This document shows positions 49,605 through 62,220 of a stretch of DNA of 64,000 nucleotides, in pieces (the stretch's first letter is position 1; each line of letters opens with the position of its first letter). The notes below the pieces were generated by a model that was not told the origin of the DNA, did no database searches, and worked only from the letters and a program-made list of their open reading frames with translations. Made by a program: the position numbers and the translations under genes. The stretch is from Squalus acanthias (Eukaryota), in the NCBI GenBank assembly GCA_030390025.1, contig CM059432.1, forward strand, positions 17,920,001 to 17,984,000. The letters are read 5' to 3'.

Positions 49605-50353
49605 CACAAGTTTGAAGTTGAAGTTACACAATTTCCACACAAGAAATATTGTAGGACATTAACTGCACCCGGAAGAGATCAAAAATGTAATCGTAACTCG
49701 TAGAGAGAAAAAATTCAGCAAATCTGCCATATTTCATAATCAGTTTTTGTTTCCATTAATTTAAATTGAATGGACTTTTACAAAATAGAAAGCAGGTATG
49801 GAAATGCTTTTCAAAGAAAATCAACGGTTAATTGGCTCTTACAACTTTCCATTTTTGGAATATTCAAACAACCAATACTCTAACCTCAGTGTGAATGGCA
49901 TTGATGCAGGGTTCACAGAAAGGTGGTGCAGCTTTAATTTAAGGTAGATGTACAATAAACCAAACGCTACTTGTACTATAACTGACATAATTGGAAAGGA
50001 CTAGTTACCTTTCTCATAGCCAGACTAGTTTCCCGCACTATTATGGAGATGAATATCTGAATGAAACCTGTAGCTTTCTTTCACAATGCACAAAATAATC
50101 AACCCAGAGTAAAGAAAAATTAATTGGATGGCATAGGCACAAAATGGGAACATTAAATGCCCGTTTTACTTCTTAAATGATGCATTCCTCATAGCTTGCA
50201 AATTATAGGCTGTCTTCAGAAGCATTATATATGAACAGATGCATCCAGTTTAACCTATTAGAAAGGCTAGTTTACATGTTTTTTCCCCCCATTTATTAAA
50301 AAGTTACTATTAAACATATTGAAACCACAAAACACTGGGGAAAAAATTAAAGC

Positions 50354-50359
50354 TTTATT
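50354..50359 (-). terminator. PTP4A3: Probable PTP4A3 polyadenylation signal (3' UTR ~50335-51766)
   Basis: Minus-strand AATAAA followed by U-rich and GU-rich tracts (gtgttttgtggttt); other AATAAA candidates exist. Confidence 0.5.
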
Positions 50360-51766
50360 TACATGGCATTCATAGGACAAGTTTAGCTTCAGTGCAAAGT
50401 GGCTTCGGTTACTCGCCAATGTTAAACCTGAAGTATAAACTGGTTGTAAAGGCCTGAACAGTGGAGTTGCTGCAACTCCTTCCTCCAGGGATTCTCACTC
50501 CACTGCACTCTGATGTTGATTTAGGCTGAACTAAGGCTGCAAAACCACTTCTCACTGACACTACACTTGTAGTATGAATGCACCCTTAGAAGTTTCCTAT
50601 GCTGCTATGACCTCTGAAAGGTTGAGTTCTACTGCAGAAATCGGATATTAATAACCTTGCACTGTGTTTAAAAATCCCTGTCAACACCTATCCACTTGTA
50701 CTCGAAAGAAAATAATGGATTTGTGTTCAAGACTCACCTGCAAACCAACTTTGTTTATAGAAAGTCATATCCAGTTGCATTGAGCACTTGCACCTCGACC
50801 ACCAGTTCAGTAGTTACAGTACAAATCTGTCTGTAACAGACTTCTGCTTACCAGAGTCCGATCAAACAGGTAGTACTATTTAAAAAAAAAAGTATATAAA
50901 ACCTTTTCTTGGGTCTATAATAGTCAAAATCAAAACTCTCGTTCTCTCTCCCCTTTCTCCCCAGTTAGGGTAAGCCATCAGTACCCTGTTAACTCAGTGG
51001 TTGAAAGTTACTGTTAAATTGAGGATTAGCACACTATTAGTGACAACATTCAATGTGAAACAGGAAAAATTGTTTGTGGAATAACCCACCCCCTCCCCCA
51101 TAAAAAAAATGGTTGCAACGCCCACTCAGTGCTAGAAACATAATATACAGGTTAGTAGTTCTAGTACAGGGATATTATTCATAAAAAGATAGGAAAGTGT
51201 GGGATCCTAGGAACCAAACTGCCTCCAGGTATGAAACCTGGCCCGTGAATGCAAATTACCCATCTGCATTAGGTGCAACAAGCTTAAGGAAGCACGTTAC
51301 CAGAGCCATCAATTCAACTTCCCAGGCCACAGAACAATGTTTCACCAGAATATCTGTACCAGTCAACCAGTAGACCACCAATATTTAAGTCAACTTACAT
51401 CCTATTTACAATTATCTTCCTGGCTTCATATTCTTTAGGTCATCACACAAACTTGCTATTTGAATACAAGCCATACAGATCAAACATCCTGGAGGAGTTT
51501 TAAAAAAAAGCATACATAAAATTGCAGGTGGTGAAGTGTTAGCCTGCCTCTTATGGCAAACTTTCTTACAACTTTTACCTAGAGTCAACAAGCCTCCATA
51601 AAGAATTGTACTTCCTTCTAGTTGGTGATTTTAGTATAAATAAATATTCAAGTTACTAAAGGAGGAAAAAAAAACCATCCGATTGGATTTGAAGACAGGA
51701 AACCCAATGGCATTTTATTTTTTATAAAAATCACTGTAAACCATTGTTGGCTGAAAGTGTTCAAGT

Positions 51767-51884
51767 TCATACGATGGCGCAAGAGTTCTTGTGATTATTA
51801 GGGTCCTTGAATCGAAGTCTCATCTTTGGCCGATACTTTTCTAAGTATGAGAGTTGTTTGCTGTTGATGGCACCTCTGCGTTTC
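51767..51884 (-). CDS. PTP4A3: PRL-3 phosphatase, last coding exon (118 nt)
   Basis: Polypyrimidine tract + AG acceptor; [44 protein letters not shown] is the PRL-3-type residue pattern; terminal CaaX. Confidence 0.95.
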
Positions 51885-52762
51885 CTATTTCGATAAGGGC
51901 AGAAAAAAAAATAAAGAAGTGAAATGAAATGCAAAAAGTTGGTGAAAATAAAGTGCTTTTTAATTCTTTACATTGCAACTATGCCCATTTTATAGGCCAG
52001 GTGGTCATAGGTGTGTCCCTGATGTTGTTCCAAGCTTAACTGTTACTTCACCCTAGCTACAGTGCAATAGTTGTCAGCACAGAAAGAGCAGACTTTAAGA
52101 ATGCGACTGTGTAGGCTGAGTAAACCTTAGAAAGGTAATGAGGGATTAGTCAAGGTCCCAGTAGAAAAAAGTGGCATTAATAAAAGGGACAGAGGAAATA
52201 CAATTACACTGGCTCAATTTGTACTTGGCTGTCTTACTATTAGTGACCAAGGGATTGGTATTCCAAGGCTGTATTTTTTTTTAAAAGTTAAACACATCAA
52301 TAATTGTGGCAGCTCTGCAATGGAGAAAGGACACAACCTGCGTCTTTATTACATCACAACAGGATCATGTTACACACTGGGGGGGGGGGGGAAGGTAAGA
52401 AAGAAAATATTTCCTGCTTTAAAGAGGAATGGATGGGTGGGGCTTTTCAGCCACAGCAGGGAATTCAAAAGACTTTCCTGTGTGTTCAGGCTTAAGTTTG
52501 TGCAAGGGGAAATCCCGGGATGGGAGGTCCACCTGCAACAAAATTCGCTGTACTCCAATGGGAATGTGTGCCTGCCAGCTCATGTCCAATCTCTGAACTT
52601 TTCAGGTACAGGTTAAAATCGGGGTCTCCAATGCCCTTTGTGTGCTGTGCAGAGAAAGCAGCCAAGTAAAGTTCGCTTCTGAAGATTTGATCACCGAATA
52701 TCAGAATCACTCGCACATCAAACGACAGTCAAAACTGTTTTTCAGGAACAAATGGCACTTAC

Positions 52763-52837
52763 TGTCTGATGAACTGAATGGCATCTTCATACTTCATTCC
52801 GCTTTCGATAAGAGCAACTGCTACCAATACAGGAGCC
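52763..52837 (-). CDS. PTP4A3: PRL-3 phosphatase, internal exon (75 nt)
   Basis: cag|..|gtaagt; APVLVAVALIESGMKYEDAIQFIRQ (ESG and AIQ distinguish PRL-3 from PRL-1/2). Confidence 0.95.
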
Positions 52838-53049
52838 CTGCGTGTTTAAAACAAGTCAGTATAAGTACAGCATAGCACAGAACATTGTCCCATCTCTTTC
52901 AACATATGTTATTGTGCAAAACAATGTAATCCCACATATCGATTAAGCAGATGAATATTAATATAGATAAATCCAAGGTCATGCATACTGGATCAGAAAT
53001 CAGTAAACATATACATGACAAAAGGATCTATTTTTAGCAAAGGCGGAGA

Positions 53050-53625
53050 GGGCCCTGCTGAGACCACACCTGGAGTATTGTGTACAGTTTTGGTCTCCTT
53101 ACCCAAGGAAGGATATATTTGCCATAGAGGGAGTGCAATGAAGGTTCACCAGACTGGTTCCTGGGATGGGGGGAATTGTCCAATGAGGAGAGATTGAGTC
53201 GACTAGGCCTATATTCTCTAGGTTTAGAAGAATGAGAGGTGATCTAATTGAAACATACAAAATTCTTACAGGGCTTGATAGGGTAGATGCAGGGAGGATG
53301 TTTCCCCTGGCTGGGGAATCTAGAACCAGTGGTCACAGTCTCAGAATAAAGGGTCAGCCATTTAGGACTGAAATGAGGAGAAATTTCTTCACTCAGAGGG
53401 TGGCGAATCTTTGGAATTCTCTACCCCAGAGGGCTGTGGAGGCTCAGTCATTGAGTATATTCAAGACAGAGATCGCTAGATTTTTGAATATTAAGGGAAT
53501 CAAGGGATATGGGGATAGTGCAGGAAAGTGGAGTTGAGGTAGAAGCTCAGCCATGATCTTATTGAATGGCGGAGCAGGCTCAAAGGGCCAAATGGCCTAC
53601 TCCTGCTCCTATTTCTGATGTTCTT
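53050..53625 (+). mobile_element. CR1 3' fragment, intronic and antisense to PTP4A3
   Basis: ORF 53232-53537 plus CR1 3' UTR. Confidence 0.92.
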
Positions 53626-53824
53626 AGAAGGAAAAGGATCAGAGCACTATTATAAATCATTCATAAAGTTGTAGTTAAAATACAGCTGTTGGGAACAAAT
53701 CTAATAAAATGCAAGAATGAATCTTGAGGCTAAGTTGAAAGAAGTTACTCTAACCCTGTACATATCACTGGTGAGACTACATTTGGAACATTGCAGAACC
53801 ATACAAGTTGCCACTTAGCACCTT

Positions 53825-53948
53825 GGGGTAGATTTTGACTTTGTGCGAGTATAAAACTTCAATGGAAATAAAAATTGGGAGACGTAAAACGGGATGCAGA
53901 TTCTCTATCACCCGCTTTACATGATCGCACAAAGTCAAAATCTACCCC
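53825..53948. mobile_element. 124-bp Harbinger-type MITE
   Basis: Perfect 24-bp TIRs GGGGTAGATTTTGACTTTGTGCGA; flanks ctt/att. Confidence 0.85.
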
Positions 53949-54764
53949 ATTGTGTCTGTGCCAGCTCCTTGCTAAATACTCCAATAATAATCCCACTGCT
54001 CCACTTCGTCCCCATATACTTGAACGCTTTAAAGTATGCTTTAAATATTTATCCACTTTTCCTTTAAAAAATGCAAGCCACAAGCATGCCCTGTAGCTCT
54101 ACATGCTTAAGCAAACCTCTGCGGAAAGAAATTTCTCGTAACTTCTCATTCACCTAGATACCATGCTAAATTGTTGATAAACCGCACCCGCCCCCCCACC
54201 ACCCACAATTACTGACTTAATCACCTGGTTTCTTTCTATCATGGTACGTTTCCATTTCTTGTGCAAGGCAATATATTTTGTGAAGGAAAAGCTTTTCCAC
54301 ATTAATTGCACCTTCTACCTGTCTGACAATTTTGCTAACCTATGCCCTTGTGAATTCTTTTACAGCCTTCTTCGCCGTTTGCCAAACCCCCTACTTTAAT
54401 GTTATTAGCAAATTTTGACATTGTGCTCTCTATACCTATTATAGCATCTGGATAGACTACAGACTGCAGTTTTGGATTCTCTCCTTTAAATCCTCCACTT
54501 GCTACATTCCTCCAGTCTTACTTCATCAACAACTCTTCTTCCGTATTCCTTCTTAGTGTCTGATTTTTCCCTCCTATAAACCATCTTTGGTATGTTTTGT
54601 TAGTTTGAAGAGGCTATACAAGTAGTTTATGCCACTGCCAGTTTATTTGAATCACTAAGCTGTTGAGGAGAACATCACCCCTTATTATTACATTAAAAGC
54701 CAACTCCTCCTTAATAAAAGACATATGTTATGTTAGACATTGGCCAATGCTTTTGTATACCTAC

Positions 54765-54895
54765 CGCCCAAGGCCAGCAACACAATGCACTGCTACACAG
54801 CAACCAGGCTCTTCGTTAAACTTAGTTTTAAGCAAAGTAAGCCAATCATCCACAATTTTGCTTGGAGGTGGACCACCATCGTCAAATGGCCAATC
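54765..54895 (-). CDS. PTP4A3: PRL-3 phosphatase, catalytic exon (131 nt)
   Basis: aag|..|gtaggt; [44 protein letters not shown] (WPD-loop equivalent and CX5R P-loop); phases join correctly with the next two exons. Confidence 0.96.
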
Positions 54896-55288
54896 CTTAA
54901 AAAGGTAAAAGTAGAAGTAAAACACTTGGCTTTATGCTGAAATAAAGAGGACTGTGCTATCGACTTGCCCACATATATAATACTTCAATACACACCTGCT
55001 GCTTACAAGAATGGTACACAGCAAGATGAAACCTGTATTAAACATCCAATGAACAATGATTTTCACAGTAAGACATCTACAAAAAAATCTCAATTGGTGT
55101 CCCAAGATTTAAATAAGTAAACTTGAAAGGACAAACACCATCTTCAATCAGTTCCATAACTGGTTGTTGTGCATTTTTGGGGAGTTGTGTGGACAGGAAA
55201 GGGAAAGAAACACAAAAATTGTTCACGTTCTGGTGAAAACAGCCTTTTACAGCGGTTACATTATAATTTCCACTTGCTCATCGTAAAC

Positions 55289-55553
55289 ATCACGTCCTAT
55301 TACTTCATGAACTGAGGAGTTGTGAAGTGTTATGTTGTAATCTAGTATTTGCTCTGTTGATCTTTTGCTACTATTTAATTTTTTACTTTTAATATAAGCC
55401 TGATTCATAGATTTAAGGTACATGGTCTAACAGAGCATTTATCTTTCTCTTATCCAAAGACTAGTATGACACGAGAGGGCTTGTGTCATTTGAACAGAGC
55501 TTATTAACAGTTATAATGGTGTTCTGTTTTAACTTAGGCAGAGCTACATTACA
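55289..55553 (+). repeat. ~265-bp intronic duplication, copy 1 (copy 2 = 57614-57708 + 60783-60943)
   Basis: atcacgtccta..ctatttaattt recurs at 57614; ttaatataagcctgattcatag..gagctacattac recurs at 60784. Confidence 0.9.
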
Positions 55554-55569
55554 TAAGAACACAAGAGTA

Positions 55570-56175
55570 AAGATGTCTTACTGCAATTATAAGGGCCCTG
55601 GTGAGACCACACCTGGAGTGTTGTGTAGAGTTTTGGTCTCCTTACCTAAGGAAGGATATATTTGCCATTGAGGGAGTGCAATGAAGGTTCACCAGACTGA
55701 TTCCTGGGATTGGGGGGATTGTCCCATGAGGAGAGACTGAGTAGACTAGGCCTATATTCTCCAGAGTTTAGAAGAATGAGAGGTGATCTCATTGAAACAT
55801 ACAAAAATCTTACAGGGCTTGACAGGGTAGATGCAGGGAGGATGTTTCCCCTGGCTGGGGAGTCTAGAACCAGGGCTCGGTCACAATCTCAGAATAAGGG
55901 GTCGGCCATTTAGGACTGAGATGAGGAGAAATTTCTTCACTCAGAGGGTGGTGAATCTTTGGAATTCTCTACCCCAGAGGGCTGTGGAGGTTCAGTCGTT
56001 GAGTATATTCAAGACAGAGATCGATAGATTTTTGGCTATTAAGGGAATCAAGGGATATGGGGATAGTGCAGGAAAGTGGAGATGAGGTAGAAGATCAGCC
56101 ATGATCTTATTGAATGGCGGAGCAGGCTCGAGATGCCGAATGGCCTACTCCTGCTCCTATTTCTTATGTTCTTAT
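55570..56175 (+). mobile_element. CR1 3' fragment
   Basis: ORFs 55710-56085 and CR1 3' UTR. Confidence 0.92.
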
Positions 56176-56242
56176 CTGACTGCTAATCTTCTATCATTCC
56201 GTTCTGTGAATAGTGGGAAATAGTTCACAGATCATTAGGAAC

Positions 56243-56925
56243 CAACAACAACAACTTGTATTTATATAGCACCTTTAACGTAGTAAAACGTCCCAAGGCG
56301 CTTCACAGGAGTATTAAGACAAAAAATGAGACACCCAGCCACATAAGGAGAAATTAGAGCAGATGACCAAAGAGGTAGGTTTTAAGGAGCGTCTTAAAGG
56401 AGTAAAGAAAGAGCGGTAGCGAGGCAGAGAGGTTTAGGCAGGGAATTCCAGAGCTTAGGGCCTAGGCAACTGAAGGCACAGCCACCAATGGTTAAGCGAT
56501 TATAATCAGGGATGCTCAAGAGGGCAGAATTAGAGGAGCGCAGATATCTCGTTGGCTTGTGGGGCTGGAGGAGATTACAGAGATAGGGAGTGGTGAGGCC
56601 ATGGAGGGATTTGAAAACAAGGATGAGAATTTTGAAATCGAGGCTTTGCTTAACTGGGAGTCAATGTAGGTCAGCGAGCACAGGGGCGATAGGTGAACAG
56701 GACTTGGAGAGAGTTATGACACAGGCAGCCGAGTTTTGGATGACCTCAAGTTTACGTAGGGTAGAGCGAGGGAGGCCAGCCAGGAGTGCTTTAGAATAGT
56801 CAAGTCTAGAGGTAACAAAGGCATGGATGAGGGTGTCAGCAGCAGAGGAGCTGAAGCAGGGGCGGAGACGGGCGATGTTACGGAGGTGGAAACAGACGGT
56901 CTTAGTTATGCCAAGGATATATGGT
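56243..56925 (-). mobile_element. L2 LINE 3' fragment
   Basis: FHLRNIARLRP..LIHAFVTSRLDYS..LEVIQNSAA; (caa)n tail. Confidence 0.92.
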
Positions 56926-57249
56926 ATGACAAGTCTGAAATCCGTCCTGTTTGATGCCATAGGAATCTTTTTTTTTTAGTAAGGCCAAGAATGTACCATT
57001 TGAAAATAGGCTCCCAGATGAATTCACGAGGCGGTGGTGCTATTGTTTCTCTCTGGCTGGAAATGCCACTTGGGGACAGTTTGTCTTTATTAGGGCTGAT
57101 TCCTGCAAGCAGTCATCCAATCACTGAGGCCTCTGACAGCATATTACAGAAACATATCGTTAATCCCAATACCTAGGCTCACAGAGAAGGCTATATTGTA
57201 CAAAGAAGCCAGCCAGGTGCCAGTGTATCTATTGTTTGATAACTGGAAA

Positions 57250-57605
57250 TCTTAAATGATGAAGGGGTTTGACGGGATAAATTGGAAAATTATACCCTTT
57301 GGTTGCGGAGTCGGTGGTAAGGGGCCATTCATTTCAGATTGTTACCGAGTCAGCAGGGAGATAAGCAGAAATATATTTTTTTACTTGCTAAGAGTATGGA
57401 ATCCTTTGCCACAGAAAGCAATTGAGGCAGATAGCACTATCTTTTGAAGGAAAAGCAGATAAGCATTTGAAGCAGAGTAAAATACTGGGCTACAGGGAAA
57501 GAGGGCGGGGCAGTGGGATGCGTTTTAGATTGCTCGAGCAAAAAGCTGGCACAGACACCAAGGGACAAATGGCCTCTTTCTGTGCTGTAAATTTATATGC
57601 TTCTA
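57250..57605 (+). mobile_element. Old CR1 3' fragment
   Basis: RVWNPLPQKAIEADS; terminal aaatggcctctttctgtgctgtaa. Confidence 0.7.
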
Positions 57606-57708
57606 TAGTGAAATCACGTCCTACTACTTCATGAACTGAGGAGTTGTAAAATTTTATGTTGTAATCTAGTAGCATTTGCTCTGTTGATCTTTTGCTACTA
57701 TTTAATTT

Positions 57709-60700
57709 AGTCACAGTCAAGAGTTATACAGCACAGAAAGAGGCCCTTCGGCCCAGCGTGTCCGCGCCGGCCATCAAGCCCCGTCTATTCTAATCCCATT
57801 TTCCAGCACTTGGTTTGTAGCCTTGTATGCTATGGCGTTTCAAGTGCTCATCTAAATGCTTCTTGAATGTTGAGGGTTCCTGCCTCTGCCACCCTTTCAG
57901 GCAGTGAGTTCCAGATTCCAACCACCCTCTGGGTGAAAAAGTTTTTCCTCAAATCCCCTCTACACCTCCTGCCCCTTACCTTGAAACTATGCCCCCTGGT
58001 TATTGACCCCTCTACTAAAGGGGAAAAGTTCCTTTCTATCTACCCTATCTATGCCCCTCATAATTTTGTACACCTCAATCAGGTCCCCCCTCAGCCTTCT
58101 CTGCTCGAAGGAAAACAACCCCAGCCTGTCCAGTCTCTCTTCATAGCTGAAGCACTGCAGCCCAGGTAACATCCTGGTGAATCTCCTCTGCACCCTCTCC
58201 AACGCAATCACATCCTTCCTATAGTGTGGCGACCAGAACTGCACACAGTATTCCAGCTGTGGCCTAACTAGCGTTTTGTACAGCTCCATCATAACCTCCC
58301 TGCTCTTATATTCTATGCCTCGGCTAATGAAAGCAAGTATCCCATATGCCTTTTTAACCACCTTATCTAGCTGTCCTGCTGCCTTCAGGGATCTATGTAC
58401 ATGCACACCAAGGTTCCTCTGTCCTTCCTAGGGTCCTACCATTCATTGTATATTCCCTTGCCTTGTTAGTCCTCTCAAAATGCATCACCTCACACTTTTC
58501 AGGGTTAAATTCCATTTGCCACTGTTCTGCCCATCTGACCAACCCGTCTAAATCGTTCTGTAGCCTGAGGCTTCCCTCCTCGCTATTTACCACCCCACCA
58601 ATTTTCATGTCATCTGCGAACTTACTGATCATACCTCCTACATTCATATGTAAATCATTAATGTACTCTACAAACAGCAAAGGACCCAGCACCGATCCCT
58701 GTGGTACACCACTGGACACAGGCTTCCAGTCACAAAAACAACCTTCGACCATCACCCTCTGACTCCTGCCACTAAGCCAATTTTGGATCCAATGTGCCAA
58801 GTTGCCCTGGATCCCATGGGCTCTTACCTTCTTGACCAGTCTCCCATGCGCGACTTTGTCAAAAGCCTTACTGAAGTCCATGTAGACCACATCAACTGCA
58901 CTACCCTCATCCACACACCTAGTCACCCCCTCAAAAATTCAATCAAATTGGTCAGACATGATCTCCCCCTGACAAAGCCATGCTGACTATCCTTGATTAA
59001 TCCTTGCCTCTCCAAGTGGAGACTAATTCTGTCCCTCAGAATTTTTTCCAATAATTTCCCTACCACTGATGTTAGGCTCACTGGCCTGTAATTCCCTGGT
59101 TTATCCCTACTACCCTTCTTGAATAATGGTACTACGTTAGCTGTTCTCCAGTCCTCTGGCACCTCCCCTGTGGCCAGAGAGGTTCTGAAAATGTGTGTCA
59201 GAGCCCCTGCAATCTCCTCCCTTGCCTCACACAGCAGCCTGGGATACATCTCATCTGGGCCTGGGGATTTATCCACTTTTAAGTCCGCTAAAACCGCTAG
59301 TACCTCCTCCCTCTCAAAACTAATTTGTTCAAGTATATCACAATCCCCCTTTCTGATTTCTATGCCTACATCGTCCTTCTCCATAGTGAACACAGATGCA
59401 AAATATTCATTTAAAACCCCACCTACATCTTCTGGCTCTACACAGATTGCCACTTTGGTCCCTAATGGGCCCTACTCTTTCCCTGGTTATCCTCTTGCCC
59501 TTAATATACTTATAAAACACCTTGGGATTTTCCTTTATTTTGCCCGCCAGTGTTATTTCATGCCCCCTCTTCGCTCTCCTAATTTCTTTAAGTACCCCCC
59601 TGCACTTTTTATACTCCTCTAGGGCTTCCACGGTTTTTAGTCCTTTGTATCTGCCAAAAGCCTCCCTTTTTTTCCCTAATCCATTCTCTTATATCCCTTG
59701 ACATCCAGGGTTCCCTGGGCTTGTTGGTCCCACCCTTGACCTTTACGGGAACATGTTGGCGTTGTACTCTCTCTATTTCCTTTCTGAAAGACTCCCACTG
59801 CTCTGATGTGGATTTTCCTACAAGTAGCTGATCCCAGTCCACTTTGGCCAGATCCTGCCTTATCATATTAAAATCGGCCTTCCCCCAATTTAAAACCTTT
59901 ATTTCCGGTCCATCTTTGTCCTTTTCCATGACTACCTTAAATCTCACCGAATTATGGTCACGGTCACCAAAATGCTCTCCTACTGACACTTCTACCACTT
60001 GCCCAGCTACATTCCCTAGAATTAGGTCCAGTACCGCCCCCTCTCTTGCAGGACTTTCTACGTGCTGGCAACACGGTGGCAAAGTGGTTAGCACTGGTGC
60101 CTCACAGCGCCAGAGACCCGGGTTCGAATCTGACCTCGGGTGACTGTCTGTGTGGAGTTTGCACATTCTCCCCGTGTCTGCGTGGGTTTCCTCCGGGTGC
60201 TCCGGTTTCCTCCCACAGTCCAAAAATGTGTGGGTTAGGTTGATTTGGCTATGATAAATTGACCCTTAGTGTTAGGGGGGGGATTAAATATGTGGGGTTA
60301 TGGGGTTATGGGGGTAGGATGGGATATGTGTACTGTGGGGATTAAAGCAGGGACAGGGTACTGGATTTGAATGATCAGCCATGATCGTATTGAATGGTGG
60401 AGCAGGCTTGATGGGCCGAATGGCCTACTCCTGCTCCTAGATTCTATGTTTCTATGTTTAAAAAGCTCTCCTGGATGCACTTTAAGAATTCCGCACCCTC
60501 TAAGCCTTTCACACTCTGACTATCCCAGTTAATATTGGGGAAGTTGAAATCCCCTACTATTATTACCCTATTATTTCTACACTTGAGATTTGCCTACGTA
60601 TCTGTTCCTCTATCTCCCCCTGACTGTTTGGGGGGCCTATAGTACACTCCCAGCAAAGTGCTTTCCCCCTTTTTGTTTTTAAGTTCTACCCATATGGCCT

Positions 60701-60782
60701 CATTAGAGGAACCTGCTAAGATATCATCCCTCCTTACAGCAGTAATTGACTCCTTGATTAATGTTGTGACACCCCCTCCTCT
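57709..60782 (-). mobile_element. CR1 LINE (EN to 3' end, frameshifted), interrupted by a V-SINE
   Basis: LGVYYRPP, YMDFSKAFDKV, SGVPQGSVLGP, KFADD across ORFs 57987-60818. Confidence 0.94.
60067..60458 (+). mobile_element. V-SINE (HE1-like)
   Basis: Near-identical to 3907-4325 in reverse; tRNA head, V domain, CR1 tail. Confidence 0.92.
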
Positions 60783-62220
60783 TTTAATATAAGCCTGATT
60801 CATAGATTTAAGGCACATGGTCTAACAGAGCATTTATCTTTCTCTTATCCAAAGACTAGTATGACACAAGAGGGCTTGTGTCATTTGAACAGAGCTGAAC
60901 AGTTATAATGGTGTTCTGTTTTAACTGAGGCAGAGCTACATTACCACATATTGCGTATTTAAAGGTCAGGCTTCTGTTCACATGGAGCGAGGGTGAGATC
61001 TTGCTTACAGGAGTAGATCTTGGCATTGCATTTGAGAGATAACAGCCCAAAATTGTAATAGCAAATGTCTCCAATTTTTTAAAAAAAACAAAAAACTCAA
61101 CTGACAGCACAGACAGACCGAATCTCATTACACTGCAAAAAAAAAGTTCATTCCAGTTCAACTACAGGAAGGAAATTTGTTTTCAAACCACAATTTGATG
61201 AAATGTACAGTATATTTCACAGGTCAAAAAGCTGCAATACCAAGAATACCATAATTGAACTTGCTGCGTCTCAGAATCTTTAGGTTAGCAAACATCAGCT
61301 GACCGATACATCAAGACAAAAACCAGCCTCGCTATACCGTAGAGATTTTACGCCCAGGTTTGATGGCAATTTTAACTAAATATGTTTAGAGATATTGCAC
61401 TTTTATGGTACAAATGTTTTCTTAGAAATGGGAAGGAATAAACTTCTGAATTGTTATAAAGCTGCACCCAACAACAGAACTGGATTACAATTTCCCTGAA
61501 TTTGACTTTCTTTAGCCAAAGTCAGACCCAAGTAATTTCAAGTTAAGTTGCAATGTATAATGTATTCGATTATATACAGTTTCATTTATCAATGTAAAAC
61601 AAAAGGTTTGAAATCAATGCTCTGACCCGATAACAGCTTAGGACTGAAACAGAAGTGAAATACAACTCGAACCGTAACCACTGATTCTGGCCTAAAACCA
61701 TTGTAATTTCCAAAAAGATTAGTTGGGGAAAAACCTGTTCCCAAAAATATTCACAGTAAATACATTGATGGAGGTTGTGGCGGAAGCAATTCACAAATGC
61801 TCAAACGTTACAAGAAATCTAAAAATGGGAATCCATGTCAATCTATTAGTGCGGAGTTTAACATTGTGGTTTCTGTCTGAAATTCAGCCTTCTGAAAAAG
61901 TGTCCCATTTTTTTCTAGGAAACTACTGCACAGCACCGATTGCCTTCAGTTTCCTCAACCAAATGGCGATAAATTCACTTAAAAGATGCAATGATCTCTT
62001 CCTCAACTACTCCCTGTGGTAAAGGCTTCCACGTTTTTTCTGCAGAAAAAATTCTCATCTCCCACCTCACTGAGAATTTTAAATTGATGACCCCTCACAA
62101 TTGACTCTCCAACCAGAAGGAATAGTCTTTCGCTACTCATCTTGTCAAAACTCTCCATAATTTTAAAAAGCTCCATTAAATCTCCATTGAGCCTTGCTTG
62201 CTCCAGTGGAAACAGCCCCG

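Noticed and set aside
60067..60140. tRNA genes at SINE heads (also 4250-4325, 18927, 46960-47032, ~32240)
   Set aside because: A/B boxes run into SINE bodies or decayed sequence; no complete cloverleaf or terminator
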